Below, piece after piece: positions 55,310 to 63,942 of a stretch of DNA of 64,000 nt. The notes under the pieces are model-generated. The model was not told the origin of the DNA. It did no database searches and was given only the letters and a program-made list of their open reading frames with translations. A program made the translations under genes and the position numbers. The number at the start of each line of letters is the position of its first letter. The first letter of the stretch is position 1. Where the stretch lies: contig CAVYIU010000007.1 of NCBI GenBank assembly GCA_963768665.1, positions 391,308 through 455,307 on the forward strand, given 5' to 3'. The DNA comes from an uncultured Spirochaetota bacterium. GTDB taxonomy: Bacteria > Spirochaetota > Spirochaetia > SZUA-6 > Fen-1364.

Positions 55310-57249
55310 TATGCGTCCTCCTCCGCCGTATCGGGGTCGGCCGCCGCCGTATCGGGGTCCTCCTCCGCCGTATCGGGGTCGGCCGCCGCCGTATCGCGGT
55401 CGGCATACTGCACGTCGAAATACTCGGCGTACAGGCCGCCGTGGGCCACCAGGTCCTCGTGACGGCCGCGCTCGACGATCTCCCCGTGGTCCAGCACGAC
55501 GATCTCGTCGGCGTGCAGGACGGAGCTGATGCGGTGGGCGATGATGAACGTGGTGGCGCGATGGTCGAGGTTGCGCAGCGCCTGCTGGATGCGCGTCTCG
55601 GTCTCCATGTCGACGGAGCTGGTGGAGTCGTCGAGGATGAGGATGGGGGCCTCCTTCATCAGCGCCCGCGCGATGCTTGCCCGCTGCTTCTGCCCGCCGG
55701 ACAGCCCGACGCCCCGCTCGCCGACCACCGTCTCGTACCCTTCCTCCATCGGCTGGATGAACTCCTCCGCCTGCGCAAGCATGGCGGCCCTCTCGACCTG
55801 CTCCTGCGAGGCATCCTCGCGGCCATACGTCAGGTTGCCGTAAAGCGTGTCGGAAAAGAGGAACGTCTCCTGTGCCACCAGGCCGATGCTTTCGCGGAGC
55901 TCCGCCAGGTCGAGCTCGCGCACGTCCACGCCGTCAATGAGCACCTGGCCGGAGTCGGGGTCATAGAATCGTGGGACCAGGTTGACGAGGGACGTCTTGC
56001 CGCTGCCCGTGGGGCCCATGATGGCGACCGTCGAGCCCGGCCGGGCGTGCAGCGAGATGTTCCTCAGTATGGGCTTCCCGCCGAGACCCCACGTGACGTT
56101 GCGCAGCTCCACGTCCCCCCGGATACGCGAGAGATGCCGCGGCGCCCGCGGATTCGTGATGGCGGGTTTCGCTTCCAGGATCTCGTAGATCCGCTCCGCC
56201 GAGGAGCCGGCCGTTGCCACCTGGTTGGCGATATCGCCGAGGGTCCTCATGGGCTGCACCACCATCCACAGGTAGCCGTTGCACTGCACCCACGTGCCGA
56301 GGCTGAGATGCCCGTGGATGACCATCCAACCGCCCACCAGGAGCACCACCGCCGATGAGATTCCCGAAAAGAACTCCATGGAGGGCATGTACTTCCCCCA
56401 GACCGCAATGGCGATGTTGCGCTTCGTGGTCAGGCCCTCGTTCTCACGGCGGAACTTGCCCAGCTCGTGATCGTGGCGCATGAAGGACTTCACGACCCGG
56501 ATGCCCGAGATGTTTTCCTGCACCGTCGTGTTGAGCTTCGAGAACTGCGTGCGCACGTCGGAGGAGGCGGGGTGCAGCTCGCGGCGCAGGCGGAAGGTGG
56601 CGATGAAGAGCAGCGGCGCCGCCACCATCGACGCCACGGCGAGCTGCCAGTTCAGCGCGAGCAGGATGGCGGCGGAGGCGCCGATGAAAAAAACGCCGGA
56701 TGCCCCCTGCATGAGGCCCTGGGCAAGGAGCGCACGCACCATCTCGACGTCGTTCGTCAGCCGCGCCATGAGCTCGCCGGTCCTCGTGGCGTGGAAGAAG
56801 CCGAATGACTGGGCCTGGATACGGTCGTACATCTCCTGCTTCATGTCGCGCGTGGCGCGCTGGCTGTAGACCTCGGCCGTGGTGTTGCGCAGGAAGATGA
56901 GCCCGGCCCGCAGGACGCTTATCCCGACGATGCCTCCCACGAGGAGAATGAGAAGGGAGCGGCGGCTGGAGAAGTCCCCGTCCTTCACGGAGGCCACGAA
57001 CACGTTGTCCACGAGGCGCTGCACGAGCGCCGGCGGCACGAGTGCGGTGGCGACCACGAGAATGGAGAAAACGACCGAAAACACAGCCCACACCATGTGC
57101 GGCTGGGCGGACTGGAATACCTTGCGAAGAGGTGTCACGGGCAGGGGAACAGTAGACAAAAGGCGGGCACCCGTGCAAGGGGGCGCCGAGAGACGCAATG
57201 ACGGCGTCGACCCGAACGGGTGTCCGCCGGGGCCTTTCTGCCAGCCCAA
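55309..57249 (-). CDS. ABC exporter, fused permease/ATPase subunit (first half), with a repeat-encoded acidic C-terminal tail
   Basis: Walker A GPTGSGKTSL, signature LSGGQKQR and Walker B ILILDDSTS. The C-terminus ...GGLYAEYFDVQY is followed by [31 protein letters not shown]. The true start is probably GTG 57138 (MTPLRKVFQSAQP...), because the upstream 37 codons do not look protein-like. Confidence 0.9.
   Translation of the reverse strand: MGWQKGPGGHPFGSTPSLRLSAPPCTGARLLSTVPLPVTPLRKVFQSAQPHMVWAVFSVVFSILVVATALVPPALVQRLVDNVFVASVKDGDFSSRRSLLILLVGGIVGISVLRAGLIFLRNTTAEVYSQRATRDMKQEMYDRIQAQSFGFFHATRTGELMARLTNDVEMVRALLAQGLMQGASGVFFIGASAAILLALNWQLAVASMVAAPLLFIATFRLRRELHPASSDVRTQFSKLNTTVQENISGIRVVKSFMRHDHELGKFRRENEGLTTKRNIAIAVWGKYMPSMEFFSGISSAVVLLVGGWMVIHGHLSLGTWVQCNGYLWMVVQPMRTLGDIANQVATAGSSAERIYEILEAKPAITNPRAPRHLSRIRGDVELRNVTWGLGGKPILRNISLHARPGSTVAIMGPTGSGKTSLVNLVPRFYDPDSGQVLIDGVDVRELDLAELRESIGLVAQETFLFSDTLYGNLTYGREDASQEQVERAAMLAQAEEFIQPMEEGYETVVGERGVGLSGGQKQRASIARALMKEAPILILDDSTSSVDMETETRIQQALRNLDHRATTFIIAHRISSVLHADEIVVLDHGEIVERGRHEDLVAHGGLYAEYFDVQYADRDTAAADPDTAEEDPDTAAADPDTAEEDA
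55318..55401. repeat. 21-bp tandem repeat, 4 copies, in frame at the 3' end of the ABC gene
   Basis: CCGCCGTATC(G/C)GGGTC cores start at 55323, 55344, 55365 and 55386, an exact 21-nt period, with alternating linkers CTCCT and GGCCG. On the coding strand this encodes the heptads DPDTAEE, DPDTAAA and DRDTAAA. Confidence 0.9.
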
Positions 57250-57264
57250 CTCCCAGGGCTCCTC

Positions 57265-57429
57265 TCACCCCCAGCTGAAGCGCTTGCTCAGGCGGAGATA
57301 CTCCCGCTCGAGGCGCATGGAGTGCCCCTCCTCGTAGTCCACGAGGCGCTGGAGGAGCCTGACGTCTCCCGGGTCGGTGACTTCTTCGAGCTGTGGCAAA
57401 CAGGGGTTCCGCCGGTCCTTGCGGACCAC
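57265..57429 (-). CDS. possible small ORF (54 aa) between the peptide-permease gene and the ABC exporter
   Basis: Own translation from GTG 57429: MVRKDRRNPCLPQLEEVTDPGDVRLLQRLVDYEEGHSMRLEREYLRLSKRFSWG*. About 88% G/C at codon position 3 (my own count), against about 75% for the antisense frame. No clear RBS and no recognised family. Confidence 0.25.
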   Translation of the reverse strand: MVRKDRRNPCLPQLEEVTDPGDVRLLQRLVDYEEGHSMRLEREYLRLSKRFSWG

Positions 57430-57460
57430 CTCGCCAGCGCCATGGACCCATCTGCCAGGC

Positions 57461-58281
57461 TTATTGCACCTTCGGGTTGAGCTTTTCGGAAAGGGTGTCG
57501 CCGATGACGTTGAAGCAGAGGACCGTGACCGCGAGCACGAGCCCCGGGTACAGCGCCATCCACGGCGCCTGCACCAGGTACGTGCGGGCGTCCTTCAGCA
57601 TCAGGCCCCAGCTTGCCGCGGGCGGCTGGGTACCGAGCCCGAGGTAGGAAAGGGAGGCCTCCACCACCACGGCGAGGGCGAAGGTGATGGATGCCTGCAC
57701 GATCACCTTGCCCAGCAGGTTCGGGATGATGTGGCGGAACACGATACGGGGCAGCGTGGTGCCGAGGGCGCGGGACGCCTCCACGTACTCCTCCGCCTTC
57801 AGCACAAGGGTTTCCGCGCGCACGATCCTCGCGAAGGTGGGGCTGTAGATGATGCCGATGGCCACCATGACCTGCGTGAGGCCGTAGCCGAGAAACGAGA
57901 CAACGGTGATGGCGAGCAGCACCGTGGGGAAAGAGAGCAGGCCGTCCATCACCAGCATGATGCTCTCGTCGACGAGCGCCGGTCCGAGGCCGGCGGCGAG
58001 CCCCGCGAGCATGCCGAGGGTCGCGGCGATGGAGACCGCCACCACGCCCACCAGCAGCGCCGAGCGCGAGCCGTAGATGATGCGGCTGAGGATGTCGCGG
58101 CCGAAGTCGTCGCTTCCGGCGAGGAACTCCCGCCCCGGCGGCTGGAAGCGCTTCGACAGGTCCTGCGCGGTGGGGCTGCGCGGGGCAATGAGGGGGCTGC
58201 CAGCGCGGCAGCCCCCAGGACGACGATGAAGAGGACCGCGAGCGGGTAGGCCGCTCCGCCGGTGCGCCGCAGCCGTCTCAC
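57461..58281 (-). pseudogene. peptide ABC transporter permease (OppC/DppC type), one frameshift
   Basis: The N-terminus from GTG 58281 is MRRLRRTGGAAYPLAVLFIVVLGAAALAAP. The text continues in another frame as LIAPRSPTAQDLSKRFQPPGREFLAGSDDFGRDILSRIIYGSR...EASRALG.... The break lies in the G5 run at 58192-58196, where one base is missing. Confidence 0.85.
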
Positions 58282-59777
58282 TTCAGGTCCGTCCAGCGGA
58301 AGTCGAACGTGTCGAGCTTCGGCGTCATGCGGTAATCCACGACGTTGGACCGGTAGGCCTTGTAGCGGTACGAGGTGCCGAGGTACACGAAGGGCACCTC
58401 CTTTGCCATGATCTCCAGCGCCTGGTCGTAGAGCTTCTTGCGGGCGTCGAAGCCGGCAACGAGCTTCGCCCTGTTGATCAGGTCGTACGTCGCGGGGCTG
58501 TCCCACTTCACGTACTTTCCCTTGCCGTAGCCGCCCACCGTCCCGTCGGGATCCAGCTTGCCGGTGTGCCCGATGACGGTGAAGTCGTACTTGCCGCCGG
58601 TGTAGACGTCCGAAAGCCACGTGGACCAGTCCACCAGCTTGATGTTCACCTTCAGGCCCACCTTGCTCAGCATCTCCTGGTAGAGCTGGCCGGCATTCAC
58701 GTGCATGTCGTAGTTCTGCGGCAGGACCATGCTGAAGGAAGCATCAGCAGGGAGATTCGCTTCCTTGAGCAGCGCCTTCGCCTTGTCGGGGTTGTAGGGA
58801 TACAGCGAGGTGAAGTCCTTGTAGTAGGCGTTCGTGACGTCCATGAACGTGCCGATGATCCTCCCGCCCCCGTAGGCCACGTCCAGCACCTTCTGCTTGT
58901 CGATGGCGTCGTTCACCGCCTGGCGCACCTTCAGGTTGGACAGGTACGGGTTGGTGCAGTTCATGGCCATGACCTGGATGAGGGCCGACATGGACTTGTC
59001 GATGACCACGTCCTTGCTGGCCTGGAGCACGGGGAAATCCGTCGGGTCGACGAACTCCACCGCGTCGATGGCGCCCGAGACGAGGCCCTGGACCTGGACG
59101 GCGCGGTCGGGGATCACGTTCATGATCACCTGGTCCAGCTTCGGCAGGCCGGGCATCCAGTACTGCGCGTTCTTCACGAGCACGATCCTGCTGTCCCGGG
59201 TGAACTCCTTCAGCGCGAAGGGGCCGGTTCCCACCGGCTTGCTGGCGAAGTCCCAGCCGGAGTCGATGAGGCTCTTCGGCATGATGGCGCCCCATCCCGA
59301 GGCGAGCGCGGCGAGGAACGGCGCCGAGGGTTGGCTCAGCTTGAACACGACGGTCATGTCGTCCGGCGTGTCGATGGAGGCGACGGCCGCGAACTCTGCC
59401 GCTTTCGGGGAAGCGGTTGCCTTGTCGAGAATGCGCGTGAAGGTTGCCTTCACGTCCCTGGAGGTGAGCTTGTCACCGTTGTGAAAGACCACGCCGCTGC
59501 GCAGCTTGAATGTCCAGGTGAGGCCGTCCGCGGAGACGTCCCAGCTCGTCGCGAGGGCGGGGACGATCTTTTCGGCCTGGTCGGCTTCCACGAGCGTGTC
59601 GTAGATGCTCTTCAGCGTCTGGAACGTGAGTGTCCCGGACGTCTTGTGCGGGTCAAGGGTGTCGGGGTTGCCGCTCAGCGCGAAGTTCAGGACCTTGTCC
59701 TTCGCCGCGAGCGTCCCTGCGGGGAGCAGCAACATTGCGGTGATGACGGCCGCGGCGATCCAGCGAGCTCGCTTCAT
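58278..59777 (-). CDS. ABC transporter substrate-binding protein, family 5 (peptide/nickel)
   Basis: 499 aa from ATG 59777, with RBS GAGGAGGAG and signal [25 protein letters not shown]. Also LNFALSGNPDTLDPHKT and WTFKLRSGVVFHNGDKLTSRDV. Confidence 0.9.
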   Translation of the reverse strand: MKRARWIAAAVITAMLLLPAGTLAAKDKVLNFALSGNPDTLDPHKTSGTLTFQTLKSIYDTLVEADQAEKIVPALATSWDVSADGLTWTFKLRSGVVFHNGDKLTSRDVKATFTRILDKATASPKAAEFAAVASIDTPDDMTVVFKLSQPSAPFLAALASGWGAIMPKSLIDSGWDFASKPVGTGPFALKEFTRDSRIVLVKNAQYWMPGLPKLDQVIMNVIPDRAVQVQGLVSGAIDAVEFVDPTDFPVLQASKDVVIDKSMSALIQVMAMNCTNPYLSNLKVRQAVNDAIDKQKVLDVAYGGGRIIGTFMDVTNAYYKDFTSLYPYNPDKAKALLKEANLPADASFSMVLPQNYDMHVNAGQLYQEMLSKVGLKVNIKLVDWSTWLSDVYTGGKYDFTVIGHTGKLDPDGTVGGYGKGKYVKWDSPATYDLINRAKLVAGFDARKKLYDQALEIMAKEVPFVYLGTSYRYKAYRSNVVDYRMTPKLDTFDFRWTDLK

Positions 59778-60787
59778 TTTTCTCCTCCTCGATTCTTTTC
59801 GATTGCCGGGGCGGGACCCGTCCCGGGGGATGCCGATGCAGGGACGCGGAAGCAGGCGACCCGGCGCCCGCCGCCGATGTCGCGCAGCTCGGGGACCGCC
59901 CGCGCGCACGCCGCCTCCGCCCGCTCGCAGGTGCCGCGGTATGCGCAGCCCCCGGGGTCAGGCGCCGGCGTCTCCGCCGCCGTCTCCGGCGGGGAGCCCG
60001 CGTCGATGGCGGAGCCGGGCGCCGAGGCGAAGAGCCGCTGCGTGTACGGGTGCAGCGGGCGCGCCATGAGCTGCTCGGTCGGGGCGTTCTCCACGAGCCT
60101 GCCCCTGTACATGACGCCGATGCGGTCCGCGAGGTACGCCACGAGGTGCAGGTCATGGGAGATGAAGAGATATGTCAGGCGGAACTTCTCCCGCAGCTGC
60201 TGGAGAAGGTTGATGATCTGCGCCTGGATGGAGACGTCGAGGTTCGAGACCGGCTCGTCCAGGACGATGAACTCCGGGTCCATCGTGAGCGCCCGCGCGA
60301 TGACGATGCGCTGCTTCTGCCCGCCGGAGAACTCGTGCGGCCACCGCGACGCGTGGTCGGCGGGGATGCCCACCACCTCGAGAAGCTCGTCGACGCGCCG
60401 GGCCCGTTCGCCGGGTGCAACGCCCAGGTTGCGCAGTCCCTCTTCCATGCTCCGGCGGATGCGCATCTTCGGGTCCAGCGCGGCATTCGGATCCTGGAAC
60501 ACGATCTGCATCCGTCTCCGCAGCGTTCGCAGTTTTCGCCGCGGGAGGGACCGGAGGCTCGCCCCGTCGTAGAGGATGTCTCCCCCGGTGGGCGGGTCCA
60601 GGTGCAGCAGCGCCCGCGCCAGGGTGGTCTTGCCGCATCCTGACTCACCGACGAGACCGAAGACCTCGCCGCGCTCGATGGTGAGCGTCACCCTGTCCAC
60701 GGCCGGGGGGCCGGGTGCTGCCGGGTTGAAGAGGCCGCGCCGGACGTGGCGCTTCGTGAGATCCCTGAGCTCGACTAGTCCCGCCAT
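59774..60787 (-). CDS. peptide ABC transporter ATPase (OppF/DppF type)
   Basis: Walker [11 protein letters not shown], signature FSGGQKQR, Walker [13 protein letters not shown] and C-terminal HPYTQRL...ACF. Confidence 0.92.
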   Translation of the reverse strand: MAGLVELRDLTKRHVRRGLFNPAAPGPPAVDRVTLTIERGEVFGLVGESGCGKTTLARALLHLDPPTGGDILYDGASLRSLPRRKLRTLRRRMQIVFQDPNAALDPKMRIRRSMEEGLRNLGVAPGERARRVDELLEVVGIPADHASRWPHEFSGGQKQRIVIARALTMDPEFIVLDEPVSNLDVSIQAQIINLLQQLREKFRLTYLFISHDLHLVAYLADRIGVMYRGRLVENAPTEQLMARPLHPYTQRLFASAPGSAIDAGSPPETAAETPAPDPGGCAYRGTCERAEAACARAVPELRDIGGGRRVACFRVPASASPGTGPAPAIEKNRGGEK

Positions 60788-60792
60788 GGCAT

Positions 60793-60836
60793 CCCCGCCG
60801 CCGTATCACGGTCGGCCGCCGCCGTATCACGGTCGG
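60793..60836. repeat. 21-bp tandem repeat, 2 copies, same family as 55318-55401
   Basis: CCGCCGTATCACGGTC cores start at 60798 and 60819. The segment GGTCGGCCGCCGCCGTATCACGGTCGGCA differs by 1 nt from GGTCGGCCGCCGCCGTATCGCGGTCGGCA at 55377-55405. Confidence 0.88.
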
Positions 60837-61746
60837 CAAAGTGGCAGGCCACGGAATGGTCGGCGGCCTCCTGGAGGGGATCTTCCTTCCGGCAGCGGTC
60901 CGCGGCGAGCGGGCAGCGCGGGTGGAACGCGCACCCGCTGGGGATGTCGCGGGCATCGGGCACGCGGCCGGGGATGACGCGCAGGGGCGTGCCGCGGCGC
61001 TGCGCCGAGGGGATGGACTGGAGGAGAAGGCGCGTGTAGGGGTGGAGGGGCGCGTCGTAGAGCGCGGCGGCGGGGCCGGACTCCACCACCCGCCCCGCGT
61101 ACATGACCGAGACGCGATCAGCGATCGCCCGCACCAGGCGAAGATCGTGGGAGACGAAGAGGATTGCCATGTGGAGGACCTCGCGCAGCTTGAGAAGCAG
61201 CTTGAGGATCTGCACCTGCAGGGTCACGTCAAGCGCGGTGGTCGGCTCGTCGGCGATGAGGAGGGACGGCTCGCAGGAAATGGCCATGGCAATCATGGCG
61301 CGCTGTTTCATGCCGCCCGACAGCTCGTGGGGATACGCGGCGAGCACGCGGCGCCCCCCGCCCAGTCCCACCAGGTCGGCCAGCTCCGCGGCACGCGCCG
61401 ATGCCTGCCTGCCGTCCATCCCCCGGTGGTAGCGCAGCATCTCCCCGATCTGCTCCCCGATGCGGAAAGCGGGATTGAGGTAGCGGGACGGCTCCTGGAA
61501 CACCATTCGCAATCTGCCGCCCGCGCACCCGGCGCCGCTCCGCGGGGTTGAGCAGGAGAAGGTCACGGCCCTCGAAGAACACCTCGCCGGCGTCGACGCT
61601 TGCAGGTGGCGTGGGGAGGAGGCCCATGATGCACGTGGAGGTCACCGTTTTCCCGCAGACCGGATTCGCCCACCAGGCCGTGCACCTCCGCGGCACTCAC
61701 GCCGAGATCCACGCCGCGCAGCGCCTGCGCCGGCGGGCCGTCCCTG

Positions 61747-61796
61747 CTCGGCCGCCGGCCCGCAGGGCTCGGCCGCCCGGCCCGTCGGGCTCGGCG
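61747..61796. repeat. 21/22-bp tandem repeat, about 2.3 copies, inside the 5' end of the oppD-like gene
   Basis: CTCGGCCGCCGGCCCGCAGGG (61747-61767), CTCGGCCGCCCGGCCCGTCGGG (61768-61789) and CTCGGCG.... Removing 61747-61789 (43 nt) restores ...VSFTPSRDGPPAQALRGVDLGVSAAEVHGLVGESG in a single frame. Confidence 0.85.
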
Positions 61797-61841
61797 TGAA
61801 GCTCACGCGCAGCCCCCTGACGGAAAGGAGCGGGCCGCCCA

Positions 61842-62768
61842 TCAGCCCATCCTTATGCGCGGGTTGAGCGCGCTGTAGGCGATGTCCACCAGGAAGTTGA
61901 TGAGCGAGAACACGAGCGCGATGAAGACGATCCCGCCCTGGATAAGGGGGAAGTCCCTCTGGTAGACGCCGGTGAGGAAGAGCCTGCCCAGCCCGGGCAG
62001 GGAGAAAACCTGCTCGATGATGACGGCTCCGCCGAGCATGTAGCCGAGCTGGATGCCCGCCACGGTCACCACGGGCAGGAGCGCGTTTTTCAGCGCGTGC
62101 TTGTAGCGCACTATCCTCTCCGGCAGTCCCTTGGCGCGGGCCGTCACCACGTACTCGCGGGAAAGCTCCTCGATCATGGAAGCCCGCGTCAGGCGGAGGA
62201 GGATGGCAGCGCGCGCGAGCCCGAGGGACACCGCGGGAAGCACCAGGTGCTTCAGGCTTCCCGAGCCGAAAAGGGGGAACAGCCTGACGCGCACGGCGAG
62301 ACCCAGGAGGAGCAGTATGCCCAGCCAGAAGCTCGGCACAGCCATTCCCAGCTGCGAGAAGAACATGCCCAGCCAGTCCCACCCCGACCATCGACGGACC
62401 GCCGAGAGGATCCCGAGCGGGATGGCGAGCACCACCGCGATGACGATGCCGAAGAGCGCCAGGGACAGCGTGAGGGGGAAGCGCTGGAGGATCATGCCCA
62501 GGACCGGCTGGCCGGTGACCAGCGATTTTCCGAAGTCGAACCGCGCCACCTCCACGAGCCAGCGAACGTATTGCAGGCCCAGCGGCTGGTCGGTCCCCAT
62601 CTTCGCGCGGAGGGTGGCCGCCGCCTCGGGTGAGGCATCCACGCCCGCGATGACCAGCGCCGGGTCGCCGGGGATGACGCGGATGACGAAGAAGATGATC
62701 GTCGAGATCAGCAGGACGGTGAGGAGGAGTCTCCCGAGACGCTTGGCGGCGAAGAGGAGCATTTTCAT
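61842..62768 (-). CDS. peptide ABC transporter permease (OppB/DppB type)
   Basis: 308 aa with MKMLLFAAKRLGRLLLTVLLISTIIFFVIRVIPGDP and EYVVTARAKGL. The stop overlaps the oppD-like start (TGATG). Confidence 0.92.
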   Translation of the reverse strand: MKMLLFAAKRLGRLLLTVLLISTIIFFVIRVIPGDPALVIAGVDASPEAAATLRAKMGTDQPLGLQYVRWLVEVARFDFGKSLVTGQPVLGMILQRFPLTLSLALFGIVIAVVLAIPLGILSAVRRWSGWDWLGMFFSQLGMAVPSFWLGILLLLGLAVRVRLFPLFGSGSLKHLVLPAVSLGLARAAILLRLTRASMIEELSREYVVTARAKGLPERIVRYKHALKNALLPVVTVAGIQLGYMLGGAVIIEQVFSLPGLGRLFLTGVYQRDFPLIQGGIVFIALVFSLINFLVDIAYSALNPRIRMG

Positions 62769-62857
62769 GGCGATGGCCGTGGGGCTGGTGCCATTCTACA
62801 GGCAGGCCTCCAAAATGCAAGCCGGCTTCGTGACTTTCATCAGGGTGACGGCCCTTT

Positions 62858-63412
62858 TCACGTCATCTCGAGAAGGCTTGCCCCGTCCCGCGGGACGAAA
62901 TGCCGCCAGTAGCGCACGGATTCCCGCAGATCATGAATGATGCTGCTCTCCGTAGCCGCCGTCCCGGAAAAGATTTCGAGGGTCAGCACTATCTCTTCGC
63001 ACCGCGGCGGCAGTCCCGCAGGAAGGGGCTTCCCGTAGGAAGCGGCGATCGCCGCCAGCACCTTTTGCCCCTTGACGACCCCGTCCCTGTTCTGCCGGCC
63101 GGTAAAGGGCTGGTGCGCGGAATGCAGGCCGTCGCTCTGCCGGAGATGAATGATGGGCGACCAGCACGCAAGCCGCTCCAGCCAGGCGTAGAGGTCCGAG
63201 TCTACTTTCGCCGCAAAGAGGTGGGGGACGCGATCCATCGCCTTTTCAACGGCAGCCGCGCCTTCGAGGGGGTCCGCAGGATGTCCGGCCCGGGCGCGGT
63301 CGAACAGTCGATATGCAGCATCGCTTCCGAGCCACGAGGCTCGCGGCGTTCGCGCTGCGCGCGCACGGATCTGCCGGGCAATACGCCCGCGGCCAGGGCG
63401 GCTCCGGCGCAT
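62858..63412 (-). pseudogene. xylose-isomerase-like TIM-barrel protein (sugar phosphate isomerase/epimerase family), 5'-truncated
   Basis: Only about 184 aa remain. The C-terminal-type segments ...WSPIIHLRQSDGLHSAHQPF... and LTLEIFSG are present. The N-terminal third expected for this family is absent, and the ORF abuts another truncated gene. Confidence 0.5.
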
Positions 63413-63417
63413 CCCGT

Positions 63418-63942
63418 CCCCTGAACCTCCCTCTATCGCTGGAAGAGGCAGCTCTCATCGACGGCGCGACCCGGTTCGGCATCTTCACGCGTATCTACCT
63501 CCCCGACGCCCTTTCGCCGCTGGTCATCATCGGCGTGGGGACATTCCTCGGCTACTGGAACAGCTTCATCTGGCCGACCATGACGATCACGAGCATCAAC
63601 CACCTCCAGGTCATGCAGGTGATGCGGTCCTACAGCAGGATGTATTCCACGCGCTACGGGACCGTCATGGCAGGATCCACGCTCGCCGCGCTGCCGCCGA
63701 TCATCCTGTTCCTGATCTTCCAGCGGCATATCGTCAAGGGCATCATCCTCTCCGGGATCAAGGAGGCGCGGATGGCCCCGGTCAGAGCCGGGCCCCGGCT
63801 CTACGCCAGGATGCCCTCGCCGCGCGTCAGCCGGTATTTTCCTGCCCCGATGAGGAACACCACAAGGGCGGTCAGGAAGAAGAACGCCTCGGATTCAAGG
63901 GCCCACGCGCCCGAGCGCTGCAGCACGAACGCGTTGCGGTAG
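63418..63942 (+). pseudogene. C-terminal fragment of a carbohydrate ABC transporter permease (MalG/UgpE-like), 5'-truncated
   Basis: It begins at the EAA loop (LPLSLEEAALIDGATRFGIFTRIYLP) and continues ...WNSFIWP...ALPPIILFLIFQRHIVKGIILSGIKE. The first four TM helices are missing. There is no stop at the expected end (about 63765), and the frame runs on into the convergent gene. Confidence 0.6.
63784..63802. terminator. hairpin at the end of the DoxX-like gene
   Basis: AGAGCCGG-gcc-CCGGCTCT, an 8-bp stem that overlaps the TAG stop of the minus-strand gene. Confidence 0.35.

Larger units (their letters stand above)
60775..61842 (-). pseudogene. peptide ABC transporter ATPase (OppD/DppD type), broken by a 43-bp tandem expansion plus two 1-nt shifts
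   Basis: MGGPLLSVRGLRVSF (from ATG 61842), [37 protein letters not shown]...ERRRVRG and RLRMVFQEP...LSGGMKQR...HPYTRLL...ACHF lie in four successive frames. The breaks are at 61747-61789, about 61656-61660 and about 61512-61525. The C-terminal tail [20 protein letters not shown] is encoded by the repeat. Confidence 0.85.

Noticed and set aside
55318-55401. Tandem repeats as a possible mini-CRISPR array (also 16776-16829, 60793-60836 and 61747-61796)
   Set aside because: The units are contiguous with no spacers and are 21-23 nt long. Most lie inside coding sequence, and there are no cas genes in the window.
53412-55406. 664-aa minus-strand ORF beginning MPTAIRRRPTPIRRRRTPIRRR
   Set aside because: It is an out-of-frame reading of the ABC exporter gene. 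The RRRPTPI periodicity is simply the 21-bp tandem repeat read in the wrong frame.
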